Part shown: piece by piece, positions 57,652-64,000 of the stretch
Layout of the letters: each line of letters opens with the position of its first letter
How positions within the stretch are numbered: position 1 is the stretch's first letter
Source: a virus
Virus record (IMG/VR): IMGVR_UViG_3300032562_000005
Length of the DNA: 64,000 bases
Strand: one strand, 5' to 3'
Notes under the pieces: generated by a model
Database searches by the model: none
What the model was told of the DNA's origin: nothing
Seen by the model: only the letters and a program-made list of their open reading frames with translations
Position numbers and translations under genes: made by a program

Positions 57652-58268
57652 TTGTAGTTTCCTGATGGTTGTGCGCCAGTTGCTGGCTTGCGTGGACGCT
57701 TTTCTGCGTGTGTCATTGGAGAGTCATCACCTTGTGGTAACTCATTTGTTGTTTCAGCAGGCTTAGGACTTCCGCCAGCAATAGTAAAGTTGCTACGATA
57801 AGCATTTTTTAATACAGCATGGTCAAATGGATCAGCTGAATAATCTTTCTTCAATGCTTTTTGTTCTGCGTTGTCAGCAGGATAATCAGTATCGTTTAAT
57901 AATGATTCAGGTTGGTCTTCAACTTGCTTATTGATAAAGTCAACGCTGTCATCAAATACCGATGTTTGCATAATAATTTTATTTTCATCAAACCCAAGTA
58001 GTCGAGCAATTTGTTTAATTTGCGGTTCGATTGCTGGGTAGCGTAACTTAACATCAAAGCTAGTAACTTTTTGATTTTCTTGTGCTGGAAAATCGGCTGG
58101 TTTAGCTTGAATTGGAGTTGACTTATCTGCGCCAATTGACAATGGATCAAATTGGTCAAGTTTGCTTTTAAGTTTTGTGATAAATCCTGAAGGCAAATCA
58201 CCAACTACTTTGATACGATAGTTATATGTGCGCTCGGATTCTGCTAAGTAATCTTTAAAATTTTTCAT
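57648..58268 (-). CDS. Putative head protein
   Basis: MKNFKDYLAE leader; TAAATA at 58286-58291. Confidence 0.65.
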   Translation of the reverse strand: MKNFKDYLAESERTYNYRIKVVGDLPSGFITKLKSKLDQFDPLSIGADKSTPIQAKPADFPAQENQKVTSFDVKLRYPAIEPQIKQIARLLGFDENKIIMQTSVFDDSVDFINKQVEDQPESLLNDTDYPADNAEQKALKKDYSADPFDHAVLKNAYRSNFTIAGGSPKPAETTNELPQGDDSPMTHAEKRPRKPATGAQPSGNYK

Positions 58269-58293
58269 GATTGTTTCCTATATTATATTTATA

Positions 58294-58791
58294 CTAATTG
58301 TCTTTTTGTGCTCTGTCGCTAAGTAAGCGTTCCAGCAAATCATTGCGAGTTAATACCTGTCCTTCGGCCGTAGGAATGCTGGTTAAATCCCCGGATTTTT
58401 TGGCGGCGTCTTGATCTAACTTTAACTTTTTAAGTTGCAAGTCAATCATTTTTAATTTTTTATTCAGTTTAGTAGTTTTCGCTGTTAGTGCGTGTCCCAG
58501 CATATTCCCAGCCACAGCAAACAATTCTGCGGCAAATCTACTGTCTACATTCATGCCCAAATCGGATAAATCTTGATAGCTTTGTTTGGCTAATTCTGCT
58601 ATTTCGTCTAGTTCTTTATCACTTGCTTCCAAATCACGAATAGCAGGTAATGCTTCGTCAATTTTATCTATAGTATCATCAATTTCTATGATAGCTGTGC
58701 GTGTCTCTTCTGGAGTTAGCGTTTCGCTAATAGAAGGAGCCATATTCTCTTCATCAGTAAATCCAAACAATTCTTCAAGTTTCTTAGTAAT
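58294..58791 (-). CDS. Probable terminase small subunit (gp16-like), ATT start
   Basis: AAGGAG 7 nt before ATT-ACT-AAG-AAA-CTT-GAA-GAA; helical; [10 protein letters not shown]; TRNDLL. Confidence 0.55.
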   Translation of the reverse strand: MTKKLEELFGFTDEENMAPSISETLTPEETRTAIIEIDDTIDKIDEALPAIRDLEASDKELDEIAELAKQSYQDLSDLGMNVDSRFAAELFAVAGNMLGHALTAKTTKLNKKLKMIDLQLKKLKLDQDAAKKSGDLTSIPTAEGQVLTRNDLLERLLSDRAQKDN

Positions 58792-59392
58792 TTTGAGTCT
58801 CCTTTTTACATTCTTTGTGCCAGCGGGCTAAATTACCTTTGTTTGTAATAGTTCCGCATCGAGGGCAACAAACTTTTTTCTGTAATTTTGAGATTGATAT
58901 TGCTAATTCTTCAGGATTATTTTTCAAATATTCTTTTCGTGTCTTGCTCTGTTGATCTCTTAATTTAGGATCTGCCCATATTTTTGTATTTGTTTCTTTT
59001 AATAATTCACGGGTAGATATTTTTACTGTTTTATCGCGAGTTTTCCAGGCTTCGATATAACCAGCATTTGATTGTTTTGGTTTGCGACCGTTAGGTTGTG
59101 CTACGCCTTTGCGTTGTTGCGAGCGGTTTACTAATTGTTCTTGCGAGAATTTATACCCAGCTGTACCATCACCGCCGTCTGTCATATTGCGTAAAATGCC
59201 AGTGCCCAAATCTTTGCGTCCGTACCAGCTAATAAGACGGCGTTCAATAGCACAAGCACCTAAATCTGTTAAATTTTTTTCTACAATAACAATTCTATGC
59301 TCATCTGTAGGAACTTTAACATTGTGTTCCTTAGGAGTAAGTGTATCTTTGCGCAAGTAAGCATAAACATAGTAGGTTAAATCAGAATTCAT
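58784..59392 (-). mobile_element. GIY-YIG-like homing endonuclease, probably inactivated by in-frame deletion
   Basis: YYVYAYLRK...[25 protein letters not shown] but no YIGKG..R segment; CPRCG..RWH tail. Confidence 0.72.
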
Positions 59393-59423
59393 ACGGTATT
59401 TACCGCATTTTTAATAGGTCCTA

Positions 59424-59858
59424 TTACTTTTTGCCGCCCTGCCTATAGATATCACCTTCTGTAATCACACGAAATGTAAGGCCGTTTTGCCTGGCCCATT
59501 TAGTGGCTGCATCCCATTTGCTGTAGTTGATTGCTACAATCGCTTTGTCGCGATCTTTCATCTTTGCTTCTACTATACTTTGTGATTTTGGTTTAATTTC
59601 TATCAGCTCTGCTTTTACAGTATTATTTGGACCACGATATGTTACAATAAAATCCGGCACATACATTGTAATTTTACCAGTAAGTGGGTGGCGATATGGA
59701 ATGCGCACAGGTTCTGATGCCCACTGTAATACATTTTCATTTGTATCACAAAAAGTCATAAAAGTTAATTCCCAACCAGAACGAAATCGCGGTTTTCCAT
59801 TACCTACATACTTGCTAGCATTTTTTACTTCGTAGAGACCTTGGCGGAAATTAGCCAT
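59424..59858 (-). CDS. Head completion nuclease (gp4/TnsA-like)
   Basis: KYVG...FRSGWE..FM..CD...WASE, YVPDF, IEIKP, KW.AA, FRVITE. Confidence 0.9.
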   Translation of the reverse strand: MANFRQGLYEVKNASKYVGNGKPRFRSGWELTFMTFCDTNENVLQWASEPVRIPYRHPLTGKITMYVPDFIVTYRGPNNTVKAELIEIKPKSQSIVEAKMKDRDKAIVAINYSKWDAATKWARQNGLTFRVITEGDIYRQGGKK

Positions 59859-59863
59859 TATGA

Positions 59864-60223
59864 TTACTGCTTAATGTTGTGAGCAACATAGTAGTTAGGT
59901 ACTGTTTGTGCTTGAATTCCCAACATAGTCGAAGGACTTTGGAATGTGTTTAAATAAAAAGCAAATGTTAAAGTAATTTGCGGACCAGACATTCCTTGTA
60001 TTGATTGTAGTAATTGCATAACAGGAATACCTGATACTCCAGCAATTCTAAACATTGTTGATGTAAAATTTCCAGCTTGTTTAGGTGTAGCAAAAACTGA
60101 TAGCAAATAACTATGAACAGCATCATACTCTTGAGCAGATACTGATTGACGATAGTTATAAAATTTATCAAATATGTGTACTGATAAATCAATATTTGGA
60201 TTTGTAGCGTTAACTGTGGACAT
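59864..60223 (-). CDS. Hypothetical structural-block protein
   Basis: Context. Confidence 0.6.
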   Translation of the reverse strand: MSTVNATNPNIDLSVHIFDKFYNYRQSVSAQEYDAVHSYLLSVFATPKQAGNFTSTMFRIAGVSGIPVMQLLQSIQGMSGPQITLTFAFYLNTFQSPSTMLGIQAQTVPNYYVAHNIKQ

Positions 60224-60225
60224 AA

Positions 60226-61425
60226 TTAAGGTCCTCCGTTAATACCATTACTTGGTTGTAATGTTGGTGCTCGTGGAAATAACATTCCGTTAGCTGAATT
60301 AACTGCCGCACGAGTTGCGTTAGGTAAACTATATTGTGCTACATTGATAGCCGCTGTTTGTAATTCTGGTCTAATAATCTGTCCAAGATTAGCATTTTTA
60401 AATGTATTATATGCTGTACCAGCAGTCTGTACAGCACCGATAACATTTTGTAATCCACCTTGGCCAGATGCCAATGCTTGTAAATCTTCAACAGTTCCGC
60501 CAACAGCATCTAATAAGCCGCCTTGACCAAATACCGATTTAGTTCCGCCTGGGCGTGTAATACCCGATGGTATATTATCATAGTGTGCTGGATCAGCAAA
60601 TCCAGCAACCTTGTTGCTAGGCTGAGCCCCACCGATAGCACCTGAATAATATTTTACAGTTTCATATTCGATAGTAACATCATTTTTCATAGTGCCACTA
60701 CCTTCGGAATAATCGTAAGTATCACTATTCCATTGTGAAATAATTGGATTAATTAATGTCCAAGCCGCATATTTCTTTTGGCTTAAACCATAGATAGTAA
60801 TGTCGCGGAAGAAAGCTGGTTTACCAGTTGTAGATGTGCCAGTGTTAGTTCCGTCGGAATAACTTTCACCAATAAAGCCCCAGTCGGCACTTTGTAATGT
60901 TTGGCTATAAATGTCGTTAGCGTTGTAATTAAATCCATTACTAAATGTTTGTAATGCTCCTAATGTGCCAGATTGTGTAGCTACATTTTGATATTTTTGA
61001 CTTGGATCTTTATAGTAATATGTATAATAGTTATACCACATATTACGAATTAAATCAGATTGGTCGTCATGGAATGTAATACGACTTGGTTCATAACGCA
61101 TTTTACTTTGTACAACTCTTTTACGATTGTACTGATTCATAACGGCTGTATCAATTTTAAACTTAGGTAAATCAATACTTTTAACCATCATGCCGATAGT
61201 TTCTACTGTGCCAGATCCATACGCAGCTTGTAGTTGTGGAATTTGTCCAGTATTGATATTAAAGAAAACATGGTATAAAAACTTAAACCGAGGTGTAAGT
61301 TGATATCCGTTTGTTTCAAAAGTTTTACTAGCGTGGGTGTAATCTTTTAAGCCAGGTACGCTGAACGCACCTTGCCCAAATGCTTGTAATAAATCACCGC
61401 CCTGGCCGAAGAAGCCGGTTCCCAT
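60226..61425 (-). CDS. Tail tube-like/baseplate protein
   Basis: VKSIDLPKF, NQYNRKR, ITFHDD, YDYS, IEYE. Confidence 0.7.
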   Translation of the reverse strand: MGTGFFGQGGDLLQAFGQGAFSVPGLKDYTHASKTFETNGYQLTPRFKFLYHVFFNINTGQIPQLQAAYGSGTVETIGMMVKSIDLPKFKIDTAVMNQYNRKRVVQSKMRYEPSRITFHDDQSDLIRNMWYNYYTYYYKDPSQKYQNVATQSGTLGALQTFSNGFNYNANDIYSQTLQSADWGFIGESYSDGTNTGTSTTGKPAFFRDITIYGLSQKKYAAWTLINPIISQWNSDTYDYSEGSGTMKNDVTIEYETVKYYSGAIGGAQPSNKVAGFADPAHYDNIPSGITRPGGTKSVFGQGGLLDAVGGTVEDLQALASGQGGLQNVIGAVQTAGTAYNTFKNANLGQIIRPELQTAAINVAQYSLPNATRAAVNSANGMLFPRAPTLQPSNGINGGP

Positions 61426-61430
61426 GGCGT

Positions 61431-62087
61431 TTAGGTTGTACTAGTGTTAGTAGACGCAGCACCAGTAGCGATAGAGCCAACTGTGTACGCAATAGCTTGA
61501 CCTACACCTGTTGGAGTACCTGCGCTGTTAACTTGGATAGCGTTATCAAATGTGATTGTTAATCCAATTTTAACTGCGTCAGATGTATTGTAATCCATTG
61601 AATTATAATTTACATCTTTTAAGTATGCTCCAAGAATCTGCCATTCTTCTAATACAGTAGGTTCGTTAGTGCCGTTACCGCCGTCAAGAATCTGAAGTTG
61701 AATAGTAAATTTATAATCAATCCCAGACGCAGCAGAACTTTGTTCCATGAAGTCTAATTGCTTCTGTAACTGTTCGCCAACTAATTTACTTACATTGCCT
61801 TGAGCATCATCACGCAAATCGCAAGTAACATCATTCCATGTATGCTTGCCAGCAATTTTAACTGTACTGTTATAAATTGGTAATTTAATTTCTTCGAACT
61901 GTACGTGTGGACGGTCAAACTTCATAACCTGCTTTGTTAGCTCTGTTGTAGGTGTACTTACACCAAAGTTCGCAAAGAAAACACGGAAGCGATATGCCAA
62001 TTTAGGCATTAATAAGCCTTGGGTTGATGCGCTTTGTCCGTCTGCTCCTAAAGGAACGGTCATGTTAGTTAGTGATGATGTTGCCAT
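61431..62087 (-). CDS. Tail tube protein (gp19-like)
   Basis: YRFRV.F, RP, AGKHTW, LRDD, E.W...GAY, ITFDNA; follows sheath. Confidence 0.88.
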   Translation of the reverse strand: MATSSLTNMTVPLGADGQSASTQGLLMPKLAYRFRVFFANFGVSTPTTELTKQVMKFDRPHVQFEEIKLPIYNSTVKIAGKHTWNDVTCDLRDDAQGNVSKLVGEQLQKQLDFMEQSSAASGIDYKFTIQLQILDGGNGTNEPTVLEEWQILGAYLKDVNYNSMDYNTSDAVKIGLTITFDNAIQVNSAGTPTGVGQAIAYTVGSIATGAASTNTSTT

Positions 62088-62108
62088 TTGTTAATCTCCG
62101 ATATACTT

Positions 62109-62148
62109 TATTTAGTTAATAAAGTTGGGCAATTTCTTGCCCAACTTT
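62109..62148 (-). terminator. Hairpin after sheath (AAAGTTGGGCAA-GAAA-TTGCCCAACTTT) followed by TAAATA late promoter for tube
   Basis: Perfect 12-bp inverted repeat 62121-62148; TAAATA 62109-62114. Confidence 0.8.
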
Positions 62149-62150
62149 CT

Positions 62151-63998
62151 TTAAGCAGCAGCCTGCGCCGCAATCGCTCCAGTGTTTTCGATACGCAATG
62201 GAATATAGATGAATTCCACAGCTTTTACTGGCTCAATAGCAATATCAACCCATAACTGATTTTGATCGATTGTAGTTGGTGTATTGTTTGTGTTATCACA
62301 TACAACCAAGTAATCGTAAATACCGCGTTTAGCAACCAAGTCAATCATTAAACTTACGATTGAGTTACTGATTTCTGTACGGGTAATTTGATCATTTGGT
62401 TCAAACAAATATTGCTTACCAATTGTTTCAAGTCTAGTACGGATAAAGCATACTAAACGAGCTACGTTGATACGGTCTAATGCTGTAGCTGTAGCTTGTA
62501 ATGTCTTATTACCAAAGTTAGTAATACCAACACCTGGGATATAAGTGATTGGATTAATTTGGTTTTCATACAATACATCGCGCAATGATTGTCCAACGCC
62601 TAATGTTTCAAATACACCAGTAATACCATTTAAGTAACCTAACTGGAATGCGTTATCAACTAAACCACGACGTGTTCCAGCTGGAGCTAACCAAGGATAA
62701 GCAATTTCATCGCTACGAATAATTGTGCGAATCATCATGTGACTTGGATAAGTTACACAATAGTTTCCGCTCAAATCAGTTGTCTGACAGCTTGGATAGA
62801 ATGTGCCACCGTAAGCATCGCCAGCTGCTAAATTGCCATCGCCTGTTGGTAAACCTAAACCATTATTATCAGTTGCCCATGTAACAATATCTGCTGGAGC
62901 AAGGCGTAATGGGGTATCAATAATGCTAAATGCCACATTATTAATTTCATTATTCAATGCTACCATGTTAGGAGCCAATTCTGGATATCCAGGAACAGCG
63001 ATTAAGTTGTAAGAATTTTGTTCTTCACGAATCTGTGTATTAGTATCAATAGCACTCTTCATAGCTTTAACAATAATTTCACGCTGAGCTTGACGACCCA
63101 TGTATGGTGAACCATCTGGACGATTTCCTGTAGCAGTTAACCATGTATTTGTTACAGTTTGTACTGACCAATAAGTTGGACTTGTGTCTGGCTCTTGATT
63201 TGAGTTATTTTGAATACAAGCATACACAATATTATCATACTGGACATATTGACCAATTGTATAAGATGTTGTAGAAACCCAGTCGTATGTTGGGAAAGTA
63301 TTATTGTTAAAATAATTTGATTGATATGTTTTAACATTAAATCCTGAACGACGAGTATTCCATAACAACATTCCTGTTGGATATAATAATGCGTCTGGAG
63401 CATCTAGATCCAAGTAATTACTTGTTAATAAACTTTGGATTGTTGGTAAAGCAGCAGATACAGGATCTGTTGTACCATTTGGAGCCCAACGAGCATCTTG
63501 GAATAAAATACCATTAGATTGTGTAGCATCTGTGTTATCAATTTGTGCCCATTGATCTACACCGTTAACATTTTGCCAACGAGATAAAATTGGATAATCT
63601 TCTAAATCAGAAGTATTAACCCATAAATCGCCATATACTAATGGTGATGTATTGTCAGTTTGTGTTAATGGTGGAGTAGCACTAATGATTGGACCAGTAG
63701 CATTGGTTTGAGATAAATCATAACCACGGCTGTCAGATGTACAATTTTGATATCCTGTCCATACACCATTGTTTTGAATCATGATATCTACTTGTGTAGC
63801 ATCACTATAATACCAATATGTGCCATCAGTTGGATCTTGATCTGGAGCCACATCAGATGCTGTGTATGTAAATGTTGTGCTACCTACCCAGTTACTTAAA
63901 ACTAAACCAGCGGCAGCACCGTTAACATAACGCTGACGGCATAAGAAAGTACTAGTTGTAAAGCCAGCATCAGTAACAACAGTTCCGCCATTTAAATC
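62151..63998 (-). CDS. Tail sheath protein (gp18-like), 5' end outside window
   Basis: PGYP, FYP, PWLAPAGTRRG, RD.LY...INPI, FGNKT, LDRINVARL, FEPND..TR, P.KAVEFI; frame open to window edge. Confidence 0.95.
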   Translation of the reverse strand, partial: DLNGGTVVTDAGFTTSTFLCRQRYVNGAAAGLVLSNWVGSTTFTYTASDVAPDQDPTDGTYWYYSDATQVDIMIQNNGVWTGYQNCTSDSRGYDLSQTNATGPIISATPPLTQTDNTSPLVYGDLWVNTSDLEDYPILSRWQNVNGVDQWAQIDNTDATQSNGILFQDARWAPNGTTDPVSAALPTIQSLLTSNYLDLDAPDALLYPTGMLLWNTRRSGFNVKTYQSNYFNNNTFPTYDWVSTTSYTIGQYVQYDNIVYACIQNNSNQEPDTSPTYWSVQTVTNTWLTATGNRPDGSPYMGRQAQREIIVKAMKSAIDTNTQIREEQNSYNLIAVPGYPELAPNMVALNNEINNVAFSIIDTPLRLAPADIVTWATDNNGLGLPTGDGNLAAGDAYGGTFYPSCQTTDLSGNYCVTYPSHMMIRTIIRSDEIAYPWLAPAGTRRGLVDNAFQLGYLNGITGVFETLGVGQSLRDVLYENQINPITYIPGVGITNFGNKTLQATATALDRINVARLVCFIRTRLETIGKQYLFEPNDQITRTEISNSIVSLMIDLVAKRGIYDYLVVCDNTNNTPTTIDQNQLWVDIAIEPVKAVEFIYIPLRIENTGAIAAQAAA

Positions 63999-64000
63999 AA

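Noticed and set aside
37047-59392. Group I introns or inteins around the endonucleases
   Set aside because: All four endonuclease ORFs lie between intact genes with little flanking non-coding sequence; nrdA, terL, uvsX and helicase are uninterrupted
1-64000. Stop-codon reassignment, CRISPR array, tRNA genes, diversity-generating retroelement
   Set aside because: Conserved genes are full length in code 11; no repeat-spacer array, cloverleaf or reverse transcriptase was seen by eye in the short intergenic regions (a tRNA/ncRNA scan would confirm)

Overview
A 64-kb, AT-rich, almost entirely minus-strand segment of a large T4-like/jumbo myophage, standard genetic code. The DnaK, IscU/IscA, ClpX and S21 sequences suggest a beta/gamma-proteobacterial host (inference). 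In transcription order (right to left) it holds: tail sheath (partial) and tube, head-completion nuclease, probable small terminase, head-internal proteins, a secreted NucA-type nuclease, large terminase; a T4-type replication/recombination block (gp32, UvsX, UvsY, UvsW, gp62-like, primase, helicase) with a miniature DnaE-like polymerase core and four free-standing homing endonuclease genes; more virion genes; IscU/IscA, exonuclease, beta-helix tailspike, class Ia RNR, PAAR, SleB hydrolase, DNA ligase; a proteostasis island (ClpX, bS21, AdoMetDC-like, DnaK, IbpA, ClpS); and a curli-like operon (csgF-csgG-curlin-repeat gene) running off the left edge. The most notable observations: (i) a curli secretion operon with its own amyloid-like subunit; (ii) head proteins built as strings of modules separated by candidate prohead-protease sites; (iii) a nucleotidyltransferase-ligase fusion with the same tag; (iv) twin ROSE-like thermometers on dnaK and ibpA; (v) apparently leaderless late mRNAs alongside a phage bS21; (vi) non-AUG starts next to homing endonucleases; (vii) a conserved 44-aa partial paralog of a probable capsid protein. 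All calls come from motif recognition by eye; no searches were run.
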